A stretch of 64,000 nt of DNA from contig CAWDTA010000002.1 in NCBI GenBank assembly GCA_963805085.1, positions 160,001 through 224,000 of the forward strand. Direction: 5' to 3'. A model generated the notes under the pieces. That model did no database searches, was not told the DNA's origin, and saw only the letters and a program-made list of their open reading frames with translations. This DNA is from an uncultured Veillonellaceae bacterium. GTDB lineage: Bacteria; Bacillota; Negativicutes; JARBTT01. A program made the position numbers and the translations under genes. How positions within the stretch are numbered: position 1 is the first letter of the stretch; every line of letters begins with the position of its first letter. This document shows positions 30,606-40,614 of the stretch, one piece after another.

Positions 30606-31712
30606 TTAGATAATTTCTAAGTCTGCATGAAGCGCGCCGGATGCTTTAATCGCTTGTAATATTGAAATAATATCACGTGGTGTTGCTCCGACAGCATTTA
30701 ATGCTCCAACAATATCACTTACATTGGCTGTAGCCGGAAGCACAATCGTGTGTGCTTTATCTTCTGTTACCGTAACATCGGTATTCTTTGTTGTAATCGT
30801 TTCCCCTAATGAAAAAGGTGCCGGTTGACTGACATCAGTATTTTTTGTGATATTAATACTTAAGCCACCCTGTGCAATGGCAACTTCATCCACTGAGACA
30901 TTTCCACCGATAACAATTGTGCCGGTCCTTTCATTCACAACGACCTTGGCAATATTATCTGGAGTAACGTACAAATTCTCAATTTCAGCAACAAAATCAT
31001 TCACCTTATTTTGGTACATAACAGGCAACGTAATATCTATCCTGCCTGGATTACTAGCCCTAGATATCGCACCATAGCGAGCGTTAATTGCTTCACTAAT
31101 TCTTGTTGCTGTAGTAAAATCTGGGTTGCTAATCGACAGAGAAACCGTCCCGCCTGTGCCTAAGTTATCTTCAACACTATGTTCCACAATGGCTCCATTA
31201 GGCGTAATGCCTACGGTTGGAAAATTCTTTTTCACTCCGCCACCAGCAGAAAAACCACCTGTCGAAACGGAGCCTTGCCCTACCGCATATACTTGACCAT
31301 TTGCTGCTTTGAGCGGTGTTTGTAAAAGTGTACCACCTTCAATACTTTTTGCATCCCCCATGGAAGAAACAGTGATATCAATCGTATCACCCTCTCTGAC
31401 AAACGGCGGAAGCTGCGCTGTAACCATAACCGCCGCAACATTTTTCGTTTTCAGTTGTGAGGTTGTAATGGATACACCAAATTCTTTCAGCATATTACTA
31501 ACAGATTGTAATGTTTCTAACGTTTTATTGGAGTCACCAGTACCAGCAAGTCCAACTACTAAACCATAACCAACCAACTGATTGGATCTTACTCCTTGAA
31601 CTTTGGCAATATCCTTTATTCTCGTACTCACCGTGCTCGATGCTGCGAAGGCTGATGTAATCAGCGAACAAAACACCAACATAAAGGTCATTGTCGCAAT
31701 AAGTTTACGCAT
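30606..31712 (-). CDS. flgI: Flagellar P-ring protein
   Basis: RIKDI..VQGVRSNQLVGYGLVVGLAGTGD. Confidence 0.97.
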   Translation of the reverse strand: MRKLIATMTFMLVFCSLITSAFAASSTVSTRIKDIAKVQGVRSNQLVGYGLVVGLAGTGDSNKTLETLQSVSNMLKEFGVSITTSQLKTKNVAAVMVTAQLPPFVREGDTIDITVSSMGDAKSIEGGTLLQTPLKAANGQVYAVGQGSVSTGGFSAGGGVKKNFPTVGITPNGAIVEHSVEDNLGTGGTVSLSISNPDFTTATRISEAINARYGAISRASNPGRIDITLPVMYQNKVNDFVAEIENLYVTPDNIAKVVVNERTGTIVIGGNVSVDEVAIAQGGLSINITKNTDVSQPAPFSLGETITTKNTDVTVTEDKAHTIVLPATANVSDIVGALNAVGATPRDIISILQAIKASGALHADLEII

Positions 31713-31725
31713 ACTTAAGCCTCCA

Positions 31726-32331
31726 CTAAAATAAAATATTAAATATTTGAGTTAGAATACCTTGACGTTGCTTGGAGTTCAACGGACCTTTACCATCAAA
31801 TTTAAGCTGTGCATCCGCAACTTGTGATGACTTTATGGTGTTATCTACTGTTACATCATCTCTACGAACAACACCAGTCAAGGTAATTTTATGTGTATCT
31901 GTATTTTGTACAATGGTTTGTGTTCCAGATATCACCATATTACCATTTGGTTTAACTTCAATCACTTGAACAGTAATTCTACCACTCACATTATTCGTAT
32001 TGCTCAAGCTTCCATTAGATTTAAAACTATCTGACCCACTGGCACTAGCAGCCGCTAGAAAATCAAAAATCCCCGTACCGGCTGATAAGGTATTGCTACC
32101 AGATTTAGAATTGCTGCCCGTAGCGGAACGACTAGCCGAGGAAGTTTCACTAATAATAATCGTAAGTGAATCACCAACAGCCCTTGCCTTTCGATCAGAA
32201 AAAAGTCCCATAGAAGTACTATCTTCAGACCATAGAGACGTTGCATCTGCACTTGGCACGATACTCATCATAAAACCAACGCATAGTAACATCACTATCA
32301 ATAGTTTATTAAATTTAATCACAAAACACAC
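31726..32331 (-). CDS. flgH: Flagellar L-ring protein
   Basis: LFSDRKARAVGDSLTIII, GVVRRDDV..DNTIKS. Confidence 0.93.
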   Translation of the reverse strand: MCFVIKFNKLLIVMLLCVGFMMSIVPSADATSLWSEDSTSMGLFSDRKARAVGDSLTIIISETSSASRSATGSNSKSGSNTLSAGTGIFDFLAAASASGSDSFKSNGSLSNTNNVSGRITVQVIEVKPNGNMVISGTQTIVQNTDTHKITLTGVVRRDDVTVDNTIKSSQVADAQLKFDGKGPLNSKQRQGILTQIFNILF

Positions 32332-32337
32332 CTACCT

Positions 32338-33315
32338 TTAGTGAGTTGAAACCTCAACTGTAGAACCATCTATCACTTTTCCAGCAACAACTTTATTGGA
32401 ACTTATATTTTTCACACGAATCACGTTACCTTCTCTACCATCTTGCAACGCTTGGCCCGATGTTTTTACCACAATACCGTTCACATTTGATATGATATTG
32501 ATCATCGCCAATTGTTTGATAATGATTGGTTTCTCTAGCATATATGTATTCAGTGGCGTTCCATTTTGCAAGATTCGTCTTGTTTCCAAGCCAAGGACTG
32601 TATCAATATTCGTTATATACCCCGGGCTAAGCTTACTCGTATCTAACTTTTCTAAATGCAAATCGTCTCTAGTCACTATATGCTTGACTGGCAATGTTTG
32701 TCCGACAACTGCTACTTGTTCGTAGACCCGCACTTTGAAACGAACAGTAGACTTATTATATAGTCGATCATCAATATAGATATTTACCACCGTATTCGTT
32801 GGCACATTATATTTGATACCATAAGGTAAAGTAACCTCAAATGTTAACTTACCATCTGGCACGATTACCGCATTTGGCAAATCAATTCCATCGACATGAT
32901 ATTCTTTCGCATCACTTTTAGAATTTACTTGTTCATTGATATAACTTTTCGCAAGTCCAGCAATCATTTCACTAGATATCGTCTGTGCTTTCGTTGTTAT
33001 GGTAACCGGCTCTGCCACATTCCATACAATATCCGTATAATTACCACCAGCCCCCGCTAAGCGAGCACCAAGCAGTTCATTTGTCAATATAACGCTATTG
33101 CCAGGATCCGCTGCATTACCTATTTTTAATTGTTTTAGCTCGTAAATACGATTGGCATCTTCCCCGGAAATTGTTGCAATATCACCAAGTAATATATCTG
33201 GACCAGAAATTTCCACTTTATCATAAGTCGTTATTTCAATTGGTGAAGCAATCACGAGACTTGGCAATAGCATAAAAAGCATCGCAAATACCAATACTAT
33301 TTTTTTCATCATCAA
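32338..33315 (-). CDS. flgA: P-ring assembly chaperone
   Basis: C-terminal GQALQDGREGNVIRVKNISS. Confidence 0.92.
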   Translation of the reverse strand: MMMKKIVLVFAMLFMLLPSLVIASPIEITTYDKVEISGPDILLGDIATISGEDANRIYELKQLKIGNAADPGNSVILTNELLGARLAGAGGNYTDIVWNVAEPVTITTKAQTISSEMIAGLAKSYINEQVNSKSDAKEYHVDGIDLPNAVIVPDGKLTFEVTLPYGIKYNVPTNTVVNIYIDDRLYNKSTVRFKVRVYEQVAVVGQTLPVKHIVTRDDLHLEKLDTSKLSPGYITNIDTVLGLETRRILQNGTPLNTYMLEKPIIIKQLAMINIISNVNGIVVKTSGQALQDGREGNVIRVKNISSNKVVAGKVIDGSTVEVSTH

Positions 33316-33322
33316 ACTATAC

Positions 33323-34111
33323 CTAACGTTTTAATCCATTCGCAATTTCAAGCATGGAGTCAGAAGTTGTAATCGCTTTTGAATTCGTTTCATAAGCACG
33401 TTGCGCAACAATCATATTGACCATTTCATCAACAATCTGTACATTTGACATTTCAAGAAACTGTTGCACAATTGTTCCAGCACCGTCAGTCCCCGCCGCA
33501 TTCGTCGTTGGCGCACCAGATGCCGCAGTTTCCTTATATAGGTTTTGCCCCTCGCGTGATAAACCTGCTGGATTAACAAAACGCGCTAGCTCTATTTGAC
33601 CAATTTCTTCTGGTTGTGTCTCCCCTGGAATCGTTGCAGAAACACGCCCATCAGAAGAAATCGTAATATCTGTAGTATTTGCCGGAATGGTAATCTGCGG
33701 TTCCAGTGGATAGCCGTCTGAAGTCACAATTCTGCCATCAGCATCACGTTTAAAAGAACCGTCTCTACTATAACCAATCGTCCCGTCTGACAACGTGATT
33801 TGGAAAAAGCCTTCACCCGAAATTTCCATATCGAGCGGATTGCCCGTACTTTGAGGGCTTCCTTGTGTATGTACGGTGTTTGTTGCTGACATACGTACCC
33901 CATGCCCCATTTGAAGACCTGTAGGAACCGTTGTATCTGCACCAGTAGTAGAACCGGCTTGACGCATAGTTTGATACATTAAATCTTGAAATTCCGCCCG
34001 TTGTTTTTTATAGCCAGTCGTATTTACATTGGCTATATTATTAGAAATGACATCGATATTATTTTGTTGTGCTGCCATACCTGACCCTGCTGTCCAAAGT
34101 GCTCTCATCAT
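33323..34111 (-). CDS. flgG: Flagellar distal rod protein
   Basis: SNNIANVNTTGYK, LEMSNV..VDEMVNMI.AQRAYE. Confidence 0.96.
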   Translation of the reverse strand: MMRALWTAGSGMAAQQNNIDVISNNIANVNTTGYKKQRAEFQDLMYQTMRQAGSTTGADTTVPTGLQMGHGVRMSATNTVHTQGSPQSTGNPLDMEISGEGFFQITLSDGTIGYSRDGSFKRDADGRIVTSDGYPLEPQITIPANTTDITISSDGRVSATIPGETQPEEIGQIELARFVNPAGLSREGQNLYKETAASGAPTTNAAGTDGAGTIVQQFLEMSNVQIVDEMVNMIVAQRAYETNSKAITTSDSMLEIANGLKR

Positions 34112-34275
34112 AATAAAAACCCCTATCTATTCTATTCTATTCTTTTTGAAAATTTCAGGATAACGTTAAGGACCATAATCTTACAGCCACACCCGATCTG
34201 CGAAGAATTGCGGTCCTTAAAATAAATGTCTATATTATTATCGTAATAATCCCTTAAAACATTAAGTGTTTTTTA

Positions 34276-35025
34276 TTAAACAGTACCAACTTGATTTACA
34301 GCTTTATCAAGTAAACTATCTTGCGTAGTTACAGCCTTGGAATTTGCCTCGTAAGTTCTATATCCATTGATTAATTTAACCATTTCTGATACAACATTTA
34401 CATTTGACATTTCTAGGCTACCTTGTTCTAATTTTCCTGTTGCTGGAGCTGTCGGTTCATTTGGCGGCGCTACATATAAATTATTGCCCTCTTTTGTTAA
34501 TCGTTTATCACTACTAAACTCAACAAATCCCAAAGTTCCAACCGTTTGATTGTCCACCACAACGTCGCCTTTAGCACCGATGGTCACATTGGTACCATCC
34601 GGAATTCGAATGGGACGACCCTTCTGATCCAAAACTCTTGAACCACCTTCTGTTACTAGGTCACCAGCAGATGACCGAACAAAGGAACCTTCACGCGTGT
34701 AACGTATACCATTCGGTGATTCAACAACGAAGTAACCATTCCCTTCAATTGCGACATCATATTTATTGCCTGTTTGGCGTGTCGCACCTTGTTCATGGAT
34801 GGTTGCGATCTCATCCACTCTAGAGCCTCTGCCCAAGCCGCCAATATCAGGTGTTACTTGTCCATCATTAATGCGTTTTAATAATACGGCCTCAAATTCG
34901 GCGGTAACAGTTTCATCTTTTTTATAGCCTACGGTGTTCACATTTGCTAAATTGTTGGCAATAACATCAGTGCGAAGTGATTCTGTCACCATACCTGATG
35001 CTGCCGTATAAAGTCCGCGTAACAT
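34276..35025 (-). CDS. flgF: Flagellar hook-basal body rod protein (FlgF/FlhO)
   Basis: ANNLANVNTVGYK, YTREGSF, LEMSNVNVV. Confidence 0.9.
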   Translation of the reverse strand: MLRGLYTAASGMVTESLRTDVIANNLANVNTVGYKKDETVTAEFEAVLLKRINDGQVTPDIGGLGRGSRVDEIATIHEQGATRQTGNKYDVAIEGNGYFVVESPNGIRYTREGSFVRSSAGDLVTEGGSRVLDQKGRPIRIPDGTNVTIGAKGDVVVDNQTVGTLGFVEFSSDKRLTKEGNNLYVAPPNEPTAPATGKLEQGSLEMSNVNVVSEMVKLINGYRTYEANSKAVTTQDSLLDKAVNQVGTV

Positions 35026-35057
35026 AAACGAGCACCTCCAATAAATAATTTTATAGA

Positions 35058-36086
35058 TTAAGACATACTATTTGTTCTTAATGTTGTTAAACTATCTTCT
35101 AATTTATCAATAGAATCTAGTGCTTTTCCTGTACCCAACGCAACACAAGACAATGGATCTTCTGCTAAATATGTAGGAATACCAGTTTCTTTTTGAATCA
35201 ATTTATCTAAGCCAAATAACAATGAACCGCCACCAGTCATAACGATACCACGATCCATAATATCTGAAGCAAGTTCTGGTGGAGTATCTTCAAGTACTTT
35301 TTTTACACATTGTACAATGCGAGTTACAGGTTCATTAAGTGCTTCGCAAGTTTCATTGACTTCCATTTTTATTGTTTTAGGCAAACCAGTTAATAGGTCA
35401 CGACCACGCACTTCTAAAGACCCCTTACGCGCATCCAAGATCGCCGTGCCGATATTGATCTTTATTTCTTCGGCAGTACGCTCGCCGATCATAATATTAT
35501 ATTCTTTTTTTACATAACGAACGATAGCTTCATCAAACTTATCGCCGCCGATACGAAGTGATTCACTGATAACAATACCGCCTAAACTGATTACTGCAAC
35601 GTCGGTTGTACCACCACCAATATCAACCACCATCGAACCATATGGTTCAGAAATTTCTAACCCTGCACCAAGTGCTGCTGCCAATGGTTCTTCTATTAAA
35701 TAAGTTTTACGAGCACCAGCTTGCACCGCTGCTTCTAATACTGCACGTTTTTCTACAGTAGTAACACCTGATGGGATGCATACCATGATACGTGGTTTAA
35801 ATAAGAAACTTCTACCTGCTACTTTTTCAATAAAGTGGCGAAGCATACTTTCTGTCGTATCATAGTCAGCAATAACGCCTTCACGAAGTGGACGAATCGC
35901 TACGATATTACCTGGGGTACGACCAAGCATACGACGTGCCTCTTCCCCAATTTCTAGCACTTTGTTCGTGTCACGATCAATTGCTACAACGGATGGCTCT
36001 CTAAGCACAATTCCTTTACCTTTTATGTAAACTAAAACATTGGCTGTACCTAAATCGACACCAATATCCATCGACATTCCAAACAT
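35058..36086 (-). CDS. mbl: MreB-like actin homologue
   Basis: DLGTAN, DIGGGTT motifs; spoIIID-mbl-flhO-flhP gene order as in B. subtilis. Confidence 0.9.
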   Translation of the reverse strand: MFGMSMDIGVDLGTANVLVYIKGKGIVLREPSVVAIDRDTNKVLEIGEEARRMLGRTPGNIVAIRPLREGVIADYDTTESMLRHFIEKVAGRSFLFKPRIMVCIPSGVTTVEKRAVLEAAVQAGARKTYLIEEPLAAALGAGLEISEPYGSMVVDIGGGTTDVAVISLGGIVISESLRIGGDKFDEAIVRYVKKEYNIMIGERTAEEIKINIGTAILDARKGSLEVRGRDLLTGLPKTIKMEVNETCEALNEPVTRIVQCVKKVLEDTPPELASDIMDRGIVMTGGGSLLFGLDKLIQKETGIPTYLAEDPLSCVALGTGKALDSIDKLEDSLTTLRTNSMS

Positions 36087-36172
36087 GAATAATCCCCTTC
36101 CAAAACTGCAATATACTCTTCATATTATTTTTGTTATATTTTATCCGCATACTATTATGCTCAACATGCTTT

Positions 36173-36197
36173 ATTCTACATTTTTCAATTAAATCCT
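36173..36197 (-). promoter_or_regulatory. Sigma-H-like promoter upstream of mbl
   Basis: agAGGA-N17-GAAT. Confidence 0.55.
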
Positions 36198-36214
36198 CTA
36201 TTTTAAACTTAATT

Positions 36215-36352
36215 CTAACATTTTTTATATTTTTTTCTTGTTGCTTCTCCGCCCCGAATATGGCGTTCTGCTTTATTCTCTTCTAATATTACTCTAATCT
36301 TTGCCGCTAACCTTTTATTGATAAGAGGCAATCGTTCAATCATATCTTTATG
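36215..36352 (-). CDS. spoIIID: spoIIID 3' half (codons 38-82), separated from the 5' half by an integrated element
   Basis: Manual translation HKDMIERLPLINKRLAAKIRVILEENKAERHIRGGEATRKKYKKC*, matching the SpoIIID C-terminus (ERLP...RHxRGGEAT). Confidence 0.95.
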   Translation of the reverse strand, partial: HKDMIERLPLINKRLAAKIRVILEENKAERHIRGGEATRKKYKKC

Positions 36353-36377
36353 GAACGATTAACCAAAAATGAACGGT
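36342..36377. repeat. Attachment site at the mbl-proximal end
   Basis: Core ATATCTTTATG (36342-36352) plus arm ACCAAAAATGAACGGT (36362-36377). Confidence 0.9.
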
Positions 36378-36385
36378 CACACGAA

Positions 36386-36422
36386 GGGGTTAATGCTCTT
36401 ATTTTCAAAGATCATTAACCCC
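36386..36422 (-). terminator. Hairpin just inside the element end
   Basis: GGGGTTAATG...CATTAACCCC 10-bp perfect stem; weak U-tail. Confidence 0.45.
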
Positions 36423-36479
36423 ACCTATAGTACTTATATTTTATTACAAAACTTACTGTTTAAAAATAGGTATGGTGCA

Positions 36480-36692
36480 CTATTTTTCAATATACTTAAT
36501 ACACTTTTCTGCTAAAAACTTTACAATACCATTTGCTTGCCTATTTTCATAAAAATCTACCATTAACGTATTGAATTCTAGTATGTCCTCTACCTTGATA
36601 TTAAATACACCGTAACCTGCATTAACTAATATACCATTTGCCATTAGGCGAGCAGTTCGTTTATTGGCATTCCAATAAATTACTCCAAACAT
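36480..36692 (-). pseudogene. C-terminal fragment of a Fic/Doc family protein
   Basis: YWNANKRTARLMANGILVNAG resembles the second half of the Fic motif (FxDGNKRTAR); the catalytic His and N-terminus are missing. Confidence 0.7.
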
Positions 36693-36702
36693 AAAAGACT
36701 TA

Positions 36703-37335
36703 TCACCGACTTAATTTTTTATCAATATAATCCTCCATGATACCACGATATTCGGCGTTTTTCCCCTCTACCTTTAAATTTTCCTTTACCTTAAGCAAGA
36801 TTGCCTTTGTCCATTGCCCCTGAGCTTTGTAATGTGCTAATTTATTGCGAAGTGTCTCTAACGCAGCTTTACGATTTGTCTTTAAGAAAACACCTACACA
36901 ATCACAATTCAAATTCAAGGTCACATCTAAATCATTATTCGTTTCCCTATCTTCAGAGTAAATTGTTCCGTCTGATTTATATTTTATCAGCTGAACTTTA
37001 GAACGATCAAGTGGATTTATGGTTAACACAACATTCCCACGATGTGCATCACAAGTCATATCCTCTTTTCGGTGCCCCCTATGACCTAAACAAACGCCTA
37101 GCATATTACGATAATCTAACTCTAGATTTTCATCTACCGTCTTCGGAATATAGTGCTCTATAGTCATAGTATCCTTAGCAATTCTTCTCATGCAATATGC
37201 ACATATATGACCTTGCTCAATTAATAAAGCTTCTCGAACATTCTCTTTTTGTGAAAATCCATCATAATAAGCACCATTTTGTTGTTTGTATTTTATCAAG
37301 CTTGCTGGCTCTTGTCCCTTCTCTATAAAAATCAT
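36703..37335 (-). CDS. HNH endonuclease, Septu PtuB / retron-associated type
   Basis: EQGHICAYC...IEHYIPK...YRNMLGVC...TCDAHRGN; immediately downstream of an AAA ATPase. Confidence 0.85.
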   Translation of the reverse strand: MIFIEKGQEPASLIKYKQQNGAYYDGFSQKENVREALLIEQGHICAYCMRRIAKDTMTIEHYIPKTVDENLELDYRNMLGVCLGHRGHRKEDMTCDAHRGNVVLTINPLDRSKVQLIKYKSDGTIYSEDRETNNDLDVTLNLNCDCVGVFLKTNRKAALETLRNKLAHYKAQGQWTKAILLKVKENLKVEGKNAEYRGIMEDYIDKKLSR

Positions 37336-37339
37336 GATG

Positions 37340-38611
37340 TCAATCTCCCAATATAGTTGTTTCTAAATCCAACGTAATTTGGGCTTTTACTATATCAGGA
37401 TCATTGTCGTCCAACTCACCCATTAACTCTTCTAAAATAACTTTGGCTTTCCTATACTCTTCTTCGTCAATTGCTTGGTAGAAACCATCAAATTTATCTT
37501 TTACTTCTTTTGCACGTTCACCACTATGTTGAAAATAGGATAACACATCATTTACTTGATACCCATAAGCAGATGGTCTATACTCAATATCCATATCATT
37601 CTTAATGGTAATTAGTTGCTCATTTTTACAAGAAGCAATAATCAAGGGCGAATGCGTTGTAGTAATAAATTGTGTGCAAGGAAACGTTGTTTTTAACGCA
37701 TCAACAATTTTCCATTGCCATTTAGGATGTAAATGCAAGTCCAGTTCATCAATGAGAACAATCCCCGGCGTTTTACTGGTTACTTCTTTACGTAAATTTG
37801 GATTTAACACCGCCATACGATATGCGATATCCATAACCATCCAAATTACCGATTGATAACCAGAACTTAATAAGTGAATAGGAATGTTTTCTTCTTCATT
37901 TATACTATATACCAATTGACCTGTTCTCTTATGAAACCGTACTCCTTTGACCTGTTTTTCACACATAATACTCATAAAAGTAACAATTGCTTCTTTTACT
38001 GCTTCATACTCAGAAATTTTTTTATCTTCTTGCCAAGAAATTTCCTCCATCCGTTTGCACCAATTTAGCAACATCTTTGCATTAGATTCCTCTGCTAAGC
38101 AATCTATATAACCAACACTTCTAGTGTAATTCTCCCGAAATACATCTGTTGCTTTTTCCCGTTTTTGCGCCCACATTCTAGCAGCACTTTGATAATTAAT
38201 CAACGGTACTATTTTTTCGGTATCATCCAGCATTTCTTTACTAGCTCTGCAAATATCCCTAGGTTCTACTGTTGTCCTGCCTCTTAAAGTTTTCTTTTGC
38301 CTACCCCATGCAAATTCTTGATTATCTAAAATAGCCGTACATTCAACTTTTACTGGATATTCTTGTTTTATATTAATCGATCCATCACCAGTTAGCGTAC
38401 TTTCCAATCGAACTTCATCTTGGCTAATGTGTTTTGTATTAATTTCATTAACTCCCGCTAAAAAGCCACCTAACCCAACTGATATTGCTTCCAATATAGA
38501 TGTCTTTCCTACACCGTTATCCCCAATTAATATATTAAATCCAGCTTTAAAATTTAGAGCTACATCTTTAATTCCTTTAAAATTTTTAATCAGAATTGAC
38601 TGTAATTGCAA
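37340..38611 (-). CDS. AAA/ABC-like ATPase, Septu PtuA type
   Basis: GDNGVGKTS, LSSGYQ, GIVLIDELDLHLHPKWQ, QFITTTHSP; TTG start after AGGAGG. Confidence 0.85.
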   Translation of the reverse strand: MQLQSILIKNFKGIKDVALNFKAGFNILIGDNGVGKTSILEAISVGLGGFLAGVNEINTKHISQDEVRLESTLTGDGSINIKQEYPVKVECTAILDNQEFAWGRQKKTLRGRTTVEPRDICRASKEMLDDTEKIVPLINYQSAARMWAQKREKATDVFRENYTRSVGYIDCLAEESNAKMLLNWCKRMEEISWQEDKKISEYEAVKEAIVTFMSIMCEKQVKGVRFHKRTGQLVYSINEEENIPIHLLSSGYQSVIWMVMDIAYRMAVLNPNLRKEVTSKTPGIVLIDELDLHLHPKWQWKIVDALKTTFPCTQFITTTHSPLIIASCKNEQLITIKNDMDIEYRPSAYGYQVNDVLSYFQHSGERAKEVKDKFDGFYQAIDEEEYRKAKVILEELMGELDDNDPDIVKAQITLDLETTILGD

Positions 38612-38831
38612 ATTGACACCTCCTAACTATCAAATTTAACCACTATATATTAAACGTACATGTATAAGTAATCATTTTGGTACAAGTCTACGAACCATAT
38701 TTTCAAATACATATTTATACTTATACCCCAAACTACATAGTTTATATTCGTAATAACTATGTAAAATCCTTCATTTATACCGCTAATTTGGCTTATATAA
38801 GTAAATGCAATAATATTAGTCCTAAACTAAA

Positions 38832-38868
38832 AGAACCTATTGCACAATTTTTAAAAGCAATAGGTTCT
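38832..38868 (-). terminator. Rho-independent terminator after the recombinase
   Basis: AGAACCTATTGC...GCAATAGGTTCT 12-bp stem followed by a T-run on the minus strand. Confidence 0.7.
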
Positions 38869-38874
38869 CTACGT

Positions 38875-40410
38875 TTATATAGCAGCCGCATGGGTAATCT
38901 CCAAATCGGAAAATAATTTCAAATAAACTTGGAGCTCACCTTCTACGGTCACAACAATTTTATCAATGACCTTTCTCAGCAAAGCATTATCAATAAGTTC
39001 TGCATTTAGCACGGCTTGAATACTACCACAATACTTACGAACCACTTCGTCAATCCGACTTAAAATAGAAGTATTCCCTCTGATAGCACTAAGTTCATTC
39101 TCGTATTTGGCTATTGCCAAATTTAATTCAGTGGTTCGTTCTTTGAGTTCATCAATCGTAATAGCGTCAACTTCAAACATTTCTGTTTGTTTTGATTTTG
39201 CTTTCTTGAGCCTTGCCAATTCAGCCAATATAAAAGGTTCCGACAGTTCATTATCTTGCGGTTTATATTGTTTTCTAAATTCGGTTATTGTTTGCTTTAA
39301 CAGCTTGTCCTTCGATGATACCAACCCGCCCAAATAGCTTTTAATCTCCTCGATCAGTTCTTTTTCATCGATAATTGTATGATTGTTACAGAAATCCATG
39401 CCGTTAGCGTTCCTACCAGAACAGCACCACCGTATGTATTCATTAACGTACTTTCTCTGTGTCCTTCTGAAGCTATAACCGCAATCACCACATTTGATAA
39501 GAGTACTAAAACAATATTTGTTTGATTGACGTTTATTGGTTATACGAAAATTTTCTGTTCGCTCAGCGAGCAAAGATTGTGCTTTAGCAAAAAGTTCCTT
39601 ATCAATAATAGTAAGTTCTGGCTTGTCTACAATAAATTGTTTATCAACGCTATTCTTCACTCGTTCACCAGTCAAAAAATCCTTAACCGATTCTTTGCCA
39701 TTGATAACCTTACCTGTATAAAGCGGATTGGTTAGTATCGTAGAAATTGCTTGCTGTGACCACCGGCATTTACGTTTTGTTACTAACCCTTCCTTATTTA
39801 ATAGCTGTGAAATCTTGTTGGCACCATGCCGCTGATTTACATAGTAATCAAATATGCGTTTTACAACCTTTGACTCTACTTCATTTATTGTTAGATTAAA
39901 ATATTCACCTACTGTTTTATCATAACCATAGACAATATTAGGAACCCGCCCCTTTTCGGCATTACGTTTTTTACCAAACTTTACACGTTTAGAAAGATTA
40001 GCCGATTCTTCCTGAGCAACAGCTGCCAATATTGTCAAGGTCAATTCACCATCATTGCTAGACATATTGGCCGTTACGAAGCGGCAATCAATATTTAATG
40101 ACTTTAGTTTACGAATGCTCTGGAGAAAGTCTACGACGTTACGCGCAAGCCTAGATACATCTTTTACAAATACGCATTCAAACTTTCTTCGCTGAGCATC
40201 AAGCATCATACGGTTGAACTCTTTACGATTTTTTAACTTAGTCCCACTAATCCCTTCGTCAGCATACAACTCAACAAGCTCATAATTATTTTTAACAGCA
40301 TACTCTTCAAAAAATTCTTTCTGTGCTTGCAGACTTAATAGCTGCTCGTCCTTTTCAGTTGATACCCTACAGTAAGCGGCAATTTTTTGTTTTCCATCAC
40401 TACCAACCAT
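38875..40410 (-). CDS. Large serine recombinase (SpoIVCA/CisA-like integrase)
   Basis: AAYCRVST (catalytic Ser), DEGISG, SRLARN, recombinase domain, zinc ribbon CGDCG...WCC...C, coiled coil; start moved to ATG at 40410 after GGAGG. Confidence 0.96.
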   Translation of the reverse strand: MVGSDGKQKIAAYCRVSTEKDEQLLSLQAQKEFFEEYAVKNNYELVELYADEGISGTKLKNRKEFNRMMLDAQRRKFECVFVKDVSRLARNVVDFLQSIRKLKSLNIDCRFVTANMSSNDGELTLTILAAVAQEESANLSKRVKFGKKRNAEKGRVPNIVYGYDKTVGEYFNLTINEVESKVVKRIFDYYVNQRHGANKISQLLNKEGLVTKRKCRWSQQAISTILTNPLYTGKVINGKESVKDFLTGERVKNSVDKQFIVDKPELTIIDKELFAKAQSLLAERTENFRITNKRQSNKYCFSTLIKCGDCGYSFRRTQRKYVNEYIRWCCSGRNANGMDFCNNHTIIDEKELIEEIKSYLGGLVSSKDKLLKQTITEFRKQYKPQDNELSEPFILAELARLKKAKSKQTEMFEVDAITIDELKERTTELNLAIAKYENELSAIRGNTSILSRIDEVVRKYCGSIQAVLNAELIDNALLRKVIDKIVVTVEGELQVYLKLFSDLEITHAAAI

Positions 40411-40452
40411 CGTATAACTTCCTCCCTTCATTCAAAATTGAAACAATTTTAA

Positions 40453-40614
40453 TTAAGCTGAATGCCTAACATCATAACCGATATCATCATCACCAGTCTT
40501 ATCATTGATTTCTCTATTAACTTTATTTATAATCGCTGAAGCTAAAATTTTAGGTAGATACTTGTCCACCGCATCTTCACTATTAGGATTAACAAACGTA
40601 ATTTTAAGGCTCAT
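40453..40614 (-). CDS. 53-aa protein directly upstream of the recombinase; candidate recombination directionality factor
   Basis: Manual translation MSLKITFVNPNSEDAVDKYLPKILASAIINKVNREINDKTGDDDIGYDVRHSA*; strong RBS GAGGGGGAG; stop 42 nt before the recombinase ATG. Confidence 0.7.
   Translation of the reverse strand: MSLKITFVNPNSEDAVDKYLPKILASAIINKVNREINDKTGDDDIGYDVRHSA

Noticed and set aside
1-36086. The LPS/BAM/TAM/Mla/flagellar-ring supercluster in a Firmicute as a novelty
   Set aside because: This cluster is an established feature of Negativicutes and other diderm Firmicutes.
38612-38874. Possible retron msr-msd ncRNA upstream of the PtuAB-like pair (includes TACATAGTT/AACTATGTA inverted repeat at about 38734-38763)
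   Set aside because: No reverse transcriptase in the element. The main hairpin is explained as the recombinase terminator, and the short repeat is at most an operator.
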